NCBI GenBank assembly: GCA_964566925.1
Contig: CAZMIZ010000001.1
Coordinates: 71,248-135,247 of the forward strand
Length of the DNA stretch: 64,000 nucleotides
Direction: 5' to 3'
From: an uncultured Gammaproteobacteria bacterium
GTDB lineage: Bacteria > Patescibacteriota > Microgenomatia > PFEM01 > DATLAM01
Position 1 is the stretch's first letter. Each line of letters begins with the position of its first letter. This document shows positions 28,673-39,232 of this stretch, one piece after another. Below the pieces are notes generated by a model, which was not told where the DNA came from, made no database searches, and worked only from the letters and a program-made list of their open reading frames with translations. The translations under genes and the position numbers were made by a program.

Positions 28673-30841
28673 TCAGCGGGAAAAGCGCCGGCGGGAAAGA
28701 GGGTGATGACGAGAATTCCTTACCGGTTTCCGCTGGCGTGGTTTGGGGGCTCGTTTGGCATCTTCACCAAAAAGCATGGAAAGATTAATCCGACCCATAT
28801 CATCAATTTCTCTTACTCTAACCTTAACCTTTTGACCTATCTTGACAACATCGTTGGGATCAGAAACATACTGGGTTGACATTTGAGAAACATGAACTAG
28901 CCCTTCTTTTCCTGGGGCAATCTCGACAAAAGCGCCAAAAGGTTGAATTCGCTTAACTGTTCCTTCAAAAACTTCGCCAGCTTCTACTTCTTTGATTAAA
29001 CCTTCAATCCAGGCAACCGCCTGATCAACTGATTGTTTACCAGCACCAGAAATATTAACCGTCCCGTCATCTTCGACATCAACCGCCGCTCCAGTCTTGC
29101 TAATAATTTCTCTAATAATTCTACCTCCCGGGCCAATCACTTCCCCAATTTTTTCCACCGGGACATGCAAGATTGAAACTTTAGGAGCAAACTTTGATAG
29201 TTGGGCTCGGGAAGCTGGTAAAACTTTAAGCATCTCTTCTAAAATGTAAACCCGCCCCTCTCGAGCTTGAGCCATCGCTTTTTTAATTATCTCAAGAGTT
29301 AGATGGTGAGTTTTAACATCCAGCTGAAGAGCCGTGACTCCTTCTTTAGTTCCAGCGACTTTAAAATCCATATCACCATTAAAATCTTCCATCCCTAAAA
29401 TATCAGAGAGAATAACCGCTTTTCCTTTTTCCGAAATTAAACCCATCGCAATCCCGGCCACCGGTGCTTTAATGGGAACCCCCGCATCCATTAGAGAAAG
29501 AGTAGAGCCACAGACGGCGGCCATTGAAGTTGAACCATTGGAAGACATTATTTCTGACACCAAACGGATAGTATAGGGAAACTTTTCTTCGGAAGGAATC
29601 ATCGGCGCTAGGGCTTTTTCTGCCAGAGCGCCATGGCCAATTTCTCGACGACTTGGCCAGCCCAAACGTCCGGTTTCACCGACTGAAAAGGGAGGCATAT
29701 AGTAATGGTGAATATAGCGCTTGGTCTCCTCACCGGTCATCCCTTCAATTAACTGCTCTAATGAAGGCGACCCAAGCGTGGTGACAGTTAAAGCCTGAGT
29801 TTGTCCTCGGGCAAACATCGCCGAACCGTGGGTGCGCGGTAAGATGCCAACTTCAATCTCTAAGGGTCTTATTTGGTCTGGCCGACGACCATCGGGCCTC
29901 TTACCACTCTTTAAAGTTGAGGCCCGAATTTTCTTTTTCATCAGTTCATCAACAATTTTGGCAATAGTTATTCTTTTCTCTTCATCATATTTCTCAACTA
30001 AGGCCGCCCTCAATTCTTCAAGGGTTTTGCCCGAATCTTTTTTAGTGGCCATCTGAACAATTAAGCTGTCCAGGTCTTTACCAATCTCTTTTTCTATTCT
30101 TTTAACCAACGAGGCCTTCACTTTTTCTTCTCTAAGGACCTGTTTTTTCTGACCAACAGTTTTTTGTAATAGTTTAATTAATTGAACTATTTTGGCCGCT
30201 TCTTTTTGGGCGAATTCCAGTCCTTTGAGAATAGTCTCCTCGGGAATCCCTTTAGCCTCTCCATCAATCATCGCCATCGTTTCTTGGGTGGCAGCAATCA
30301 CTAAATCCATTTCAGAATACTCCAGATCCTGATAGGTAGGATTAGCAATAAAGGTTTCCTCTCCGTTCTGAGGAACATAACCTACCCGGACGGCTCCAAC
30401 CGGTCCCTCCCAAGGGATGCTAGAAATAGCCAAAGCGGCGCTGGCAGCACAAATCGCAGGAATATCTGGATCGTTTTCGCTATCAACCGAAAGCACAGTG
30501 ATGATCACCTGAACTTCGTTCCGATATGCCTTTGGGAAAAATGGTCGAATAGAACGATCAATTAGCCGAGCCGTTCGAGTCGCTTCGTCTGAGGGACGAC
30601 CTTCTCTTTTAACCCAGCGTGAACCCTTGATTCTTCCACCGGCATAAAGACGTTCTATATACTCCACATAGAGAGGGAAATAATCTAAATCCTCTCGGGG
30701 AGAAGACGAAACAACCGTCGCTAAAACCATGGTGTCACCATAGCGGGCAATTACCGAAGCGTCTGCTTGACCACCAAAGCGACCGACTTCGAGAAAAATC
30801 TCTTTACCCCCAATTTCTGTTTTTTTGGAAACAATTTTCAT
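28673..30841 (-). CDS. pnp: Polyribonucleotide nucleotidyltransferase
   Basis: RLIDRSIRP, RREIGHG, SNGSTSMA, DFKVAG, KH and S1 domains. Confidence 0.98.
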   Translation of the reverse strand: MKIVSKKTEIGGKEIFLEVGRFGGQADASVIARYGDTMVLATVVSSSPREDLDYFPLYVEYIERLYAGGRIKGSRWVKREGRPSDEATRTARLIDRSIRPFFPKAYRNEVQVIITVLSVDSENDPDIPAICAASAALAISSIPWEGPVGAVRVGYVPQNGEETFIANPTYQDLEYSEMDLVIAATQETMAMIDGEAKGIPEETILKGLEFAQKEAAKIVQLIKLLQKTVGQKKQVLREEKVKASLVKRIEKEIGKDLDSLIVQMATKKDSGKTLEELRAALVEKYDEEKRITIAKIVDELMKKKIRASTLKSGKRPDGRRPDQIRPLEIEVGILPRTHGSAMFARGQTQALTVTTLGSPSLEQLIEGMTGEETKRYIHHYYMPPFSVGETGRLGWPSRREIGHGALAEKALAPMIPSEEKFPYTIRLVSEIMSSNGSTSMAAVCGSTLSLMDAGVPIKAPVAGIAMGLISEKGKAVILSDILGMEDFNGDMDFKVAGTKEGVTALQLDVKTHHLTLEIIKKAMAQAREGRVYILEEMLKVLPASRAQLSKFAPKVSILHVPVEKIGEVIGPGGRIIREIISKTGAAVDVEDDGTVNISGAGKQSVDQAVAWIEGLIKEVEAGEVFEGTVKRIQPFGAFVEIAPGKEGLVHVSQMSTQYVSDPNDVVKIGQKVKVRVREIDDMGRINLSMLFGEDAKRAPKPRQRKPVRNSRHHPLSRRRFSR

Positions 30842-30874
30842 AGTTTAGTTAATTAAATTAATACTCCTATCTGT

Positions 30875-31144
30875 TTATTTAGAGAGATTCAATTTTTTAA
30901 TAATGGCTTTATAACGTTCCTCTTCCTTTTTTATTAAATAATTAAGTAGCCGGCGCCGCTTAGAAACCATAGAAAGAAGACCGCGTCGACTATGAATATC
31001 CTTTTTATGCTCTTTAAGATGTTTTGTCAACTTTTTAATTTTGGCTGTCAAAAGAGCAATCTGCACCTCGGGAGAACCGGTATCTTCTTTGGTGGTAGCA
31101 AACTTGGAAATTGTCTTCTTTTTTTCGTCAGTTGTTAAAGCCAT
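30875..31144 (-). CDS. rpsO: 30S ribosomal protein S15
   Basis: [20 protein letters not shown]. Confidence 0.98.
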   Translation of the reverse strand: MALTTDEKKKTISKFATTKEDTGSPEVQIALLTAKIKKLTKHLKEHKKDIHSRRGLLSMVSKRRRLLNYLIKKEEERYKAIIKKLNLSK

Positions 31145-31189
31145 TTAGAAATATTTTAGCAAACGAGGATTTTTTTAACAAGAGGCTGA

Positions 31190-32086
31190 TTATACCCTGG
31201 TGGAACCTTTAAAAATTTTTGGTTCAAACCAATCTGCAGCGGGCTTTTCTTCTTTTTCCTCTTTTAAGGGAGCTTTTTTCGCCGAAACGCCAGAAGGCAT
31301 TGGCGAAAGGGTGGAGCCGGAGGACGTCGCTTTTTTAGGTCGAGGTTCAGGGGACACCCTCCTTCTGCGGGCACCGGCCCGGAGGCAAAAAGCAGTCAGT
31401 TCAAAAGTAGAAGCAGATGTTTTAGGCGAAGTAAACCCCTGCGTCATCTTCTCAATCCCTAGAAAAAGATTGGTGGCAATATCCTGATCAATGGGCATCC
31501 TGAGAGCAGAGATAAGACCAGCGACTAACTCCGAACAGGAAGAAACGGTCGGGACAGTCAGATTGATTTTCCCAAATTGGGTATTTTTCGGATCAACATC
31601 GAGGTTAACCACTGAACTCTGTTGATAAAGTTGTTTCTCCTGGGAATAAAGATTGCCTAAGTCCTCCAATTTTTGAGCCCCGACCACAAAAATAAGATCG
31701 GCGCCGCCAGAACTAGAATAGTTAACCTTATCAGTCGATAAAGGCGGAAAACCGGCTTTAGGTTGAATGAGAAGATTAAACTTATTATTTTCAATGTTAT
31801 AACTAACTTTTTCAATTGAATCCTCAATATAATCAAAGGAGATGACTAGATTTTTCCCTCCCAGTTTTTGGCCAATCTTATCTACCCCTACAAGAGAGGA
31901 AAGCTCAACTGTCATTTCGTCGGGACAAACAATTGTTACTGTTTTGCCTGTTTTTTTTAAAGAAAGGAAAAGGGCTAGGGCAGCTGCAATTTTGTCCAGA
32001 CTTGGCATCTTTGGGGCGATAATAAAAGCAGTTTGGGAATTAGTAAGAGCTTGTTGAACAGGACCAAAGTTGAGTTGATGGTTCAT
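31190..32086 (-). CDS. Degenerate DHH/NrnA-like protein
   Basis: nrnA position after infB; DKIAAALAL, SSCSELV, IATNLFLGI; DHH replaced by DVD. Confidence 0.65.
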   Translation of the reverse strand: MNHQLNFGPVQQALTNSQTAFIIAPKMPSLDKIAAALALFLSLKKTGKTVTIVCPDEMTVELSSLVGVDKIGQKLGGKNLVISFDYIEDSIEKVSYNIENNKFNLLIQPKAGFPPLSTDKVNYSSSGGADLIFVVGAQKLEDLGNLYSQEKQLYQQSSVVNLDVDPKNTQFGKINLTVPTVSSCSELVAGLISALRMPIDQDIATNLFLGIEKMTQGFTSPKTSASTFELTAFCLRAGARRRRVSPEPRPKKATSSGSTLSPMPSGVSAKKAPLKEEKEEKPAADWFEPKIFKGSTRV

Positions 32087-33552
32087 GATGTTTCTTTCAG
32101 TTTACGGAAAGATATTAGCATATCCCCTAGTTTGAAGTCAAGGGATGGACTTAAGACAACCCCAAACTCGTCTCCCTTTTTAGCTTTATCGATATCCTTC
32201 CTGCCTTGCTTCATTGATTTAATCCGGCAATCGCTGATCAGCTCTTCACCCCTCTTAAGGTGGAGCTTATCAGCTTTGGCAATTCTTCCTTCTTTGGCTT
32301 CACAACCAGCAATCCGCTCCTTCTCAATTTTAAATTCCGCCACCACTTCGGCTTGACCAAGAATCTCTTCATCAATCGTCGGCTCAAGCATTTTTAAAAC
32401 CCGTTTTTCTATTTCCTCTAAAAGCTCATAGATAACATTATAGGTTATAATCTTCACCTTATCTACCTGGGCCAGTTTTTTAATTGATGCGGGAATTTTA
32501 ACATTAAAACCTAAAAGTAAACTGTTGGTAGTTGAAGCCAAAAGGACATCTGATTCATTGACATCGCCCACTCCTGAATGAATCACTTCGACTTCTTTGG
32601 GGAGACTAGCCAAAATCGCTTCTAAGGTGCCGACTACATCGGCTTTAAAAATTACCTTTAATTTTTTCTTTTCCTCTTCTTCAGAGGTTATCTTTTTGAT
32701 TAGTTTTGGCTCTTCGGCTTTTTCCCCGACTATTTTAGCTTTTTTTACTTTACTTCCTACTCGGGGAAGGTCTTTGAAACCTAAAACTTCAACTGGCTTG
32801 CTCGGTCCTGCTTTTTTAACGGCTTTCCTATTTTCATCCAACATCGCCTTTACTTTTGCCCCAACTTTATCAGCCATAATCTCGTCCCTTAATCTCAAAG
32901 TGCCATCTTTAACTAAGAGAGTGGCCACCGGTCCTTGAGATCGGTCAAGTTTTGACTCAATAACCACCGCCTTAAGGGAAGCCTGTGGATCAGCGCGAAG
33001 ATCGGCCATCTCGGCAAGGAGAAGGACCATCTCCAGAAGTTCATCAATCCCCTGACCGCTTTTGGCAGAGACCGGTACAACGACAATATCACCACCATAA
33101 TCTTCAATCTGAATATCATTTTTAAACAACTCTTCCTTAACTTTTTCCACGGCTATATTAGGAAGATCAATCTTGTTAATGGCCACCAGGTAAGGAATTT
33201 TGGCAGTTTTAATATGTTTAAGGCTTTCCAGGGTTTGGGGTTTTATTCCTTCGTCAGCCGCCACCACTAAAACGACAAAATCGGTTACTTCGGCTCCCCG
33301 GGCTCTCATCTCAACGAAGGCGGCATGACCGGGGGTATCAATAAAAGTAATTGTTTTTCCCTGATGAACTACTTGATAAGCACCAATGTGTTGGGTAATA
33401 CCGCCAGCTTCCTTTGTCGCTAGATCGGTTTTTCTGATTTTGTCAAGAAGACTGGTTTTACCATGATCAACGTGACCGAGAATGGCCACTACTGGAGGGC
33501 AAGATTGAAGTTTTTCTTTGTTGACGGTCCTTTTTGGTTTCTTCTTGGCCAT
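32083..33552 (-). CDS. infB: Translation initiation factor IF-2 (minimal, no long N-terminal domain)
   Basis: [25 protein letters not shown]. Confidence 0.97.
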   Translation of the reverse strand: MAKKKPKRTVNKEKLQSCPPVVAILGHVDHGKTSLLDKIRKTDLATKEAGGITQHIGAYQVVHQGKTITFIDTPGHAAFVEMRARGAEVTDFVVLVVAADEGIKPQTLESLKHIKTAKIPYLVAINKIDLPNIAVEKVKEELFKNDIQIEDYGGDIVVVPVSAKSGQGIDELLEMVLLLAEMADLRADPQASLKAVVIESKLDRSQGPVATLLVKDGTLRLRDEIMADKVGAKVKAMLDENRKAVKKAGPSKPVEVLGFKDLPRVGSKVKKAKIVGEKAEEPKLIKKITSEEEEKKKLKVIFKADVVGTLEAILASLPKEVEVIHSGVGDVNESDVLLASTTNSLLLGFNVKIPASIKKLAQVDKVKIITYNVIYELLEEIEKRVLKMLEPTIDEEILGQAEVVAEFKIEKERIAGCEAKEGRIAKADKLHLKRGEELISDCRIKSMKQGRKDIDKAKKGDEFGVVLSPSLDFKLGDMLISFRKLKETS

Positions 33553-33802
33553 ATTTAAGCAATAAACTTTTAATTTTCAGATTCTTTCTAAAGGTTCGTT
33601 CAAGAACTTTCTTTTCCATCGCTTTCCTAAAACAGGCTTTTTTAAAACCCCTCTTAGTTCTGCACAAGTAGGCACCACGACCTGGAATCTTCCCTGAAAG
33701 ATCGGCGATCACCTGATCGCCATCAATCGTCAGCCGAATAAGTTTTTCTTTTGGTTGTTTAGTTAAACAGCCAACACAGGTGCGCTGTGGGATCTTTTTC
33801 AC
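33467..33802 (-). CDS. ylxR: YlxR/RnpM family RNA-binding protein
   Basis: PQRTCVGC, GRGAYLC; between nusA and infB. Confidence 0.88.
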   Translation of the reverse strand: MKKIPQRTCVGCLTKQPKEKLIRLTIDGDQVIADLSGKIPGRGAYLCRTKRGFKKACFRKAMEKKVLERTFRKNLKIKSLLLKYGQEETKKDRQQRKTSILPSSSGHSRSR

Positions 33803-34971
33803 TTAAGAATTTTTGCGATTTCCTTGAGCGCCTTTGGGCCCAAACCTTTAATTTTAGCTAACTCCCTTTCTGGCTTCTTTTTTAACTCTTCAAGGGTTTC
33901 TATTCCTGCTTCTTCTAGAATATTAGCTATTCTTTTGGAAAGGCCGGCTTTGACAAGTTTAGACTCCTCTTTGGCCGTTTTTTTAGTCGCCTTCTTAGCC
34001 GTTTTTTTAGCGCCCTTAATGTCGATTTTATAACCAGTTAACTTAGCTGCCAAGCGGACGTTCTGACCTTCTCTACCGATTGCTAAGGAGAGTTGATCGT
34101 CAGGCATGGCGACGACAGCGGATTTTTTCTTCTCATTAACTTCAACTTTAATTCCTTCAGCAGGAGAAAGGGCGGCGGTAATAAATTTAACCGGATCCTC
34201 GCTATAAGCAATAACGTCAATTTTCTCGCCGTTCAACTCATTGATCACCGCTTGAACTCGAACCCCTTTTTGACCAACACAAGACCCGACTGGGTCAACT
34301 CCTACTTGATCGGAGAAAACGGCTACTTTTGTTCGGCTTCCTGCCTCTCGAGCAATCGCTCTAATCTTAACGGCGCCGCTAGAAACCTCTGGTACTTCCC
34401 GACGGAAAAGTCCTTCGACTAAACCTGAATGGGCGCGAGAAACAACAATCTCTTGACCCCTGGTTGATTCGCTAATTCCTTCAATATAAAAAGTGAGACG
34501 CTGATTAAGCTGATATTTTTCTCCTCTAGCTTGTTCTTGAGGGGGCATTAACCCCTCAGTTTTACCAATATCCATAATGATATTAGGACCATCGAAGCGC
34601 AAAACCATACCGTTAATGAGGGTGCCCACTTTTTCTGAATATTCAGCGATCACCGCCGATTTTTCGGCTTCTCGAATCTTCTGTAAAATTACCTGCTTGG
34701 CAGTTTGGGCAGCAATCCGACCAAAGCCAGGAGGAGTCATTTCCTTTTTTTCTTTCTTTTTACCTTCCGGCCAAAGATAGATCTTGGCTCCGCCGGTGTT
34801 CGAATCAAGCTCAACTTCGTACTCAAAATCCTCCTTAAAGCCATAATCCTTTCGATAGGCCGCCAAAATAGCGGCCTTAATCGTTTCTAAGACCACCTCA
34901 GGCTCCACACCTCGTTCAAGACAAACTTGATTGAGGGCAGAGGCAAATTCTGTTCTTGCTTTGATATTCAT
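33799..34971 (-). CDS. nusA: Transcription factor NusA with a C-terminal HhH domain
   Basis: FGRIAAQTAKQ, DPVGSCVG, SLAIGREGQN. Confidence 0.97.
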   Translation of the reverse strand: MNIKARTEFASALNQVCLERGVEPEVVLETIKAAILAAYRKDYGFKEDFEYEVELDSNTGGAKIYLWPEGKKKEKKEMTPPGFGRIAAQTAKQVILQKIREAEKSAVIAEYSEKVGTLINGMVLRFDGPNIIMDIGKTEGLMPPQEQARGEKYQLNQRLTFYIEGISESTRGQEIVVSRAHSGLVEGLFRREVPEVSSGAVKIRAIAREAGSRTKVAVFSDQVGVDPVGSCVGQKGVRVQAVINELNGEKIDVIAYSEDPVKFITAALSPAEGIKVEVNEKKKSAVVAMPDDQLSLAIGREGQNVRLAAKLTGYKIDIKGAKKTAKKATKKTAKEESKLVKAGLSKRIANILEEAGIETLEELKKKPERELAKIKGLGPKALKEIAKILK

Positions 34972-34984
34972 CTTACCCCTTAGT

Positions 34985-35008
34985 AAAAAAGGTGGGAAAC
35001 CCCACCTC
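34985..35008 (-). terminator. rimP/nusA-leader-type attenuator hairpin
   Basis: Minus strand AGGTGGG-GTTT-CCCACC-TTTTTT between the promoter and the nusA start. Confidence 0.75.
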
Positions 35009-35030
35009 TAAACCTGCTTACCTGGTAAAA

Positions 35031-35059
35031 ATTTTATCAAGAAAATAGAAGGAAGTCAA
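35031..35059 (-). promoter_or_regulatory. Promoter for the nusA-infB operon
   Basis: TTGACT - 17 bp - TAAAAT with extended TG. Confidence 0.8.
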
Positions 35060-35067
35060 ATGAAGTT

Positions 35068-35961
35068 TTACTTCTCAAACTTCTTGAGTGCTTCTCTCTG
35101 TTCGCGGGTCAGTTTTTCCGGAATTTTAACCTGAAGGCGAACGTATTGGTTGCCGCGGCCAAAACCGCGAAGGTTTCTGATCCCTCTTCCCCGGAGGCGA
35201 ACCATAGTTCCCGGTTGAGTCCCCGACCTTACCCTTAATTTAACTTTACCATCAATTGTCGGCACTTCGGTTGTTCCGCCTAAAATGGCCATTGACAAAG
35301 GAATCTTATGATTAACAAAAACGTCAGGACCATCTCGCTGAAAAGTTTTATCAGGCTGGACATCAATGGTGACATCAAAATCGGCAAATCTAATTCTTGA
35401 ACCATCATCCACTCCAGCCGGAACTTTGATTGTTTTCTTTCTGCCATTAAGGTTAACAGCTTTTTCACAACCTTTAGCAGCCTCCATAAAAGAAAGGCTT
35501 AAGCCATAGCGGGGCTTAGCTTCTTGCCGACCAAAAGGCGAACCACCGCCAAAAAATTGCTCAAAAATCTCAAAAGGATCAGAAAAACCACCAAAATCGA
35601 ATCCCCCTCTTGGGCTCCCCCTATAGGTGGTGTAAGTATAAGTGAAAGGGCCTTGGCGATAAGTTCGGGTTTGGCCACCACCGAAAGGGCTGCCCCGAAA
35701 ACCGCCTGGCCCAGGACCAGCCCCGCCATAACGAGGATCGAAAGCAGCGTGGCCGAATTGATCATAGGTCTGCTTTTTTTTGGGGTCGGACAAAACCTCG
35801 TAAGCCTCATTTATTTCTTTGAATTTCTCGCTCGCATCTGAAGACTTATTCCGATCCGGATGATGCTCTAAGGCCAGCTTACGGTAGGCCTTTTTTATTT
35901 CTTCTTTGGAAGCCTTTTTGGAAACACCAAGGATGTCATAATAATCACGTTTGGTTGGCAT
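35068..35961 (-). CDS. dnaJ: DnaJ-family chaperone without a Cys zinc finger (class B)
   Basis: J domain with HPD, G/F region, C-terminal domain; follows dnaK. Confidence 0.9.
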   Translation of the reverse strand: MPTKRDYYDILGVSKKASKEEIKKAYRKLALEHHPDRNKSSDASEKFKEINEAYEVLSDPKKKQTYDQFGHAAFDPRYGGAGPGPGGFRGSPFGGGQTRTYRQGPFTYTYTTYRGSPRGGFDFGGFSDPFEIFEQFFGGGSPFGRQEAKPRYGLSLSFMEAAKGCEKAVNLNGRKKTIKVPAGVDDGSRIRFADFDVTIDVQPDKTFQRDGPDVFVNHKIPLSMAILGGTTEVPTIDGKVKLRVRSGTQPGTMVRLRGRGIRNLRGFGRGNQYVRLQVKIPEKLTREQREALKKFEK

Positions 35962-36016
35962 ACCACCACTATTTCGAGTTTACGAGAAACAAGGTTCTGC
36001 ACGCAAGTGCAGGTTC

Positions 36017-37954
36017 TTATTCTACCACTTCTCCTTCTTCGGCTTCCTCTTTACCTGCCGAAGCTTTAGATTTCTTCCCTTTCTTTTTCTTGCCCTCCGA
36101 AGCCTTGGCGGAGGAGGGTTCACCGCTAGGTGGAGTTTGTTGGCCTTGCTGTTGAGCCTGGTACATGGCCGCCCCCACCTTTTGGAGTTCTTCAGAAAGC
36201 TTCTTGGAAGCTTCGTCGAATTGGTCTTTGGTAGTGTCTTCTTTGCCCAGAAGCTCTTTAACTTTCTTAATTTCTTCCTCAACCTTTTCTTTATCCTCTT
36301 TTTTAACTTTATCACCAGCCTCTTTTAAGGTCTTTTCAGCGGTAAAAACCAAACCATCAGCCTGGTTTCTGGCTTCAATTGCCTCCTTTTTCTTTTGATC
36401 TTCATCAGCGTGTTTTTCGGCTTCTGCTTGCGCCTGCTTAATCTCGTCATCTGTAAGACCAACGGCGCCCTTAATCACAATTGACTGGGATTTATTGGTC
36501 GCCTTATCAACGGCCTTAACGTTCAAGATCCCGTTGGCGTCAATATCAAAAGTAACCTCAATTTGGGGTACACCTCTCGGTGCCGGCGGAATTCCGGCTA
36601 AAATGAATTTACCCAAGGATTTATTATCCGCAGCCATTGGCCTTTCCCCTTGGAGAACATTGATTTCTACCTGGGTCTGATTGTCAGCCGCAGTAGAGAA
36701 AATCTGAGATTTAGAGGTCGGTACGGTCGTATTACGGTCGATCAAGGGCGTCCGGACGGCTCCTAAGGTTTCAATGCCTAAGGTTAAAGGGGTAACGTCC
36801 AATAAAAGGACATCTTTAACCTCGCCACCCAAAACTCCACCTTGAATCGCCGCCCCAACGGCCACTACCTCATCAGGGTTAACCGATTTGTTTGGCTCTT
36901 TACCAAAGAACTTCTTAACGGTTTCATAAACTTTGGGCATCCGGGTCATGCCACCTACAAGAATAATCTCATTGATATCTTTGGTCTCAATCTTGGCGTC
37001 TTTGAAACAAGCCTTAACCGGACCCATCGTTTTTTCAATCAGATCATCAACCAGCTGTTCTAATTTTGACCGGGTTAGCTTCATCGTTAGATGTAAAGGT
37101 TGACCTTCTTTGCCCTGGGTAATGAAGGGTTGATTAATTTCTGTTTCTTGAGATGAAGAGAGTTCAATCTTCGCTTTTTCAGCGGCGTCTCGAACCCGTT
37201 GTAAGGCCTGCTTGTCTTCTCTTAAATCAATGCCGTTTTCTTTTTTAAACTCATCGGCGATCCAATCAAGAATTCGCTGATCAAAATCATCACCACCAAG
37301 ATGGGTGTCGCCGTTAGTGGCTTTAACTTCAAAAACGCCGTCACCAATTTCTAAAATGGAGATATCGAAAGTGCCGCCTCCTAAGTCATAAATAGCAATT
37401 GTCTCACCGCCTTTTTTCTCTAAACCGTAAGCCAAAGAAGCAGCGGTTGGTTCATTAATGATTCGTTCCACTTTCAAGCCGGCAATCTCCCCGGCCTGTT
37501 TAGTTGCCTGACGTTGGGAGTCATCAAAATAGGCTGGCACCGTAATTACCGCCCGCTCAACTTTTTCACCTAAATAGGCCTCAGCATCAGCTTTACACTT
37601 TCTTAAAACCTTCGCCGAAATCTCTTGGGGGGTAAATTCTTTACCACCAACTTCAACGACGGCCATCCCGTCCTTGCCGCTCTTAACCTTGTAGGGAACC
37701 ATCTTCTGAGTCTTTTTAACCTCACTATCGGTGAAACGCCGACCCATTAACCGTTTAATGGAATAAATGGTGTTATCCGGATTTAAAATCATCTGACGTT
37801 TGGCGACTTCGCCCACGAGATTCTTCACTGGCTCGACCACCGAAGGAATCGTGTTTCTCCCTTCAGCCGAGGGAATCACTTTTGGCTTACCAGCTTCCAT
37901 CACCGCCACGCAAGAGTTGGTGGTCCCTAAATCAATCCCAATAATCTTACTCAT
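36017..37954 (-). CDS. dnaK: Chaperone DnaK
   Basis: [29 protein letters not shown]. Confidence 0.99.
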   Translation of the reverse strand: MSKIIGIDLGTTNSCVAVMEAGKPKVIPSAEGRNTIPSVVEPVKNLVGEVAKRQMILNPDNTIYSIKRLMGRRFTDSEVKKTQKMVPYKVKSGKDGMAVVEVGGKEFTPQEISAKVLRKCKADAEAYLGEKVERAVITVPAYFDDSQRQATKQAGEIAGLKVERIINEPTAASLAYGLEKKGGETIAIYDLGGGTFDISILEIGDGVFEVKATNGDTHLGGDDFDQRILDWIADEFKKENGIDLREDKQALQRVRDAAEKAKIELSSSQETEINQPFITQGKEGQPLHLTMKLTRSKLEQLVDDLIEKTMGPVKACFKDAKIETKDINEIILVGGMTRMPKVYETVKKFFGKEPNKSVNPDEVVAVGAAIQGGVLGGEVKDVLLLDVTPLTLGIETLGAVRTPLIDRNTTVPTSKSQIFSTAADNQTQVEINVLQGERPMAADNKSLGKFILAGIPPAPRGVPQIEVTFDIDANGILNVKAVDKATNKSQSIVIKGAVGLTDDEIKQAQAEAEKHADEDQKKKEAIEARNQADGLVFTAEKTLKEAGDKVKKEDKEKVEEEIKKVKELLGKEDTTKDQFDEASKKLSEELQKVGAAMYQAQQQGQQTPPSGEPSSAKASEGKKKKGKKSKASAGKEEAEEGEVVE

Positions 37955-38396
37955 GCTTTTTGCCTCCTTTGCCTACCCGAACTTTAGCCGGGCGCAAAAC
38001 TTTATCAGCTAATTTGTAACCTTTTTGACAAACTTCAACTACCACATTTTCCGGTCCTTGACAAATTTCAATACAATCCATTGTTTCTGGGTTAAACTGC
38101 TCATTTAAAGCCTTAATTTCCTCAACTTCTTCAGTTTTCAAAACCTGGCGAAGTTGATTAACGGCCATCGTCAAACCCTTGTCTTTTAAATGCTCTTCTG
38201 CCCGCTCCAAATCATCTAAAACCGCCAAGAGTTTATCAATTAATGAAGCGTTGGCGAACTTGACTAAATCCGCCTTGCCTCTTTCAATTCTTTTTTCAAG
38301 GTTCCTATAATCAGCGGCTGCCCGTTTCCATTTATTTTCTAAATCAACTAACTTCTCTTCCAATCTAGACTTAGTTAACTTCTTATCCTTGGCCAT
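37947..38396 (-). CDS. grpE: Nucleotide exchange factor GrpE
   Basis: [20 protein letters not shown]...LRPAKV. Confidence 0.95.
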   Translation of the reverse strand: MAKDKKLTKSRLEEKLVDLENKWKRAAADYRNLEKRIERGKADLVKFANASLIDKLLAVLDDLERAEEHLKDKGLTMAVNQLRQVLKTEEVEEIKALNEQFNPETMDCIEICQGPENVVVEVCQKGYKLADKVLRPAKVRVGKGGKKHE

Positions 38397-38397
38397 T

Positions 38398-39129
38398 TTA
38401 GAAACCCTTGGCTAATTCTTCAATCAGATTGCCGAAATACCTGACCGTCGGAATAACCCGAGGATAATAAAGCCGTGAAGGACCAATTACGCCAACAGAA
38501 CCGCTTCTTTTCGGCCCGGCTTCAAAATCAGTGAAAACCATCCCACAGGGTTCTAAAAATTCGTAACCCAAATCTTCACCTAAAAGGAGATGGGTTGGTT
38601 CTTCACCAAACGATTTTCCAAAAAGATTGAGAAGGCTTTGAGCTTCATCAAGAATTGAGAGAACAGTCCTGGTAACATCAATGTCATAAAACTCAGGGGC
38701 TTCAAGGATATTGGCATAACCAGCATGATAGACATCACCTGCTTTGGTGGCGGCCACCGCCAGAGCCCGGGTCTGGGCCGCCAAAGCCCGAGTTGCTTCC
38801 TGCATCAATCTGTCAAAGTCGTGCCGGGAATCCCAAACCTTTTCTTTGGCTGCCACTTCTTCAGCTACCGAAAGCTTTTCCTCTTTCATTAATTGGGAAA
38901 CGTAAAATTTAAAGGCTTTAGGGGTGGGGGTTCGGCCAGCTGACGTGTGGAACTGTTTCAGATATTCTTCCTTAGTTAATTGAGCCATCTCGTTCCGGAT
39001 CGTAGCCGGAGAAACCCCAAGTTCATACTTTTTCTCTAATGTCTCTGAGCCCACCGGCTCAGCGGTCTTCATGTATTCTTCAATCAGCGCCTTAAGAATT
39101 TTAGTTTGTCGATCAGTTAAATCAGGCAT
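38398..39129 (-). CDS. hrcA: Heat-shock repressor HrcA (short form)
   Basis: EPVGS, SPATIRNEM, HTSAGRTPT, GVIGP; upstream CIRCE. Confidence 0.95.
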   Translation of the reverse strand: MPDLTDRQTKILKALIEEYMKTAEPVGSETLEKKYELGVSPATIRNEMAQLTKEEYLKQFHTSAGRTPTPKAFKFYVSQLMKEEKLSVAEEVAAKEKVWDSRHDFDRLMQEATRALAAQTRALAVAATKAGDVYHAGYANILEAPEFYDIDVTRTVLSILDEAQSLLNLFGKSFGEEPTHLLLGEDLGYEFLEPCGMVFTDFEAGPKRSGSVGVIGPSRLYYPRVIPTVRYFGNLIEELAKGF

Positions 39130-39151
39130 TTTCAAACCGCGTCCAACGCGG

Positions 39152-39178
39152 TTAGCACTCTTATAACACAACTGCTAA
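39152..39178. promoter_or_regulatory. CIRCE element
   Basis: TTAGCACTC-N9-AACTGCTAA (consensus right arm GAGTGCTAA); overlaps the hrcA promoter TTGACA (39188-39183)-17-TATAAG. Confidence 0.88.
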
Positions 39179-39196
39179 TATTTGTCAAGAGGGGGT

Positions 39197-39225
39197 TTGA
39201 CAATGAAATTTGAAATACGTAAGAT
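39197..39225 (+). promoter_or_regulatory. Promoter for the GH-dockerin/cohesin operon
   Basis: TTGACA - 17 bp - TAAGAT; GTG 7 nt downstream. Confidence 0.7.
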
Positions 39226-39232
39226 AAATCCA

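Noticed and set aside
5109-38012. Numerous plus-strand ORFs of 60-140 aa antisense to housekeeping genes
   Set aside because: Shadow ORFs of conserved minus-strand genes, with no independent signals
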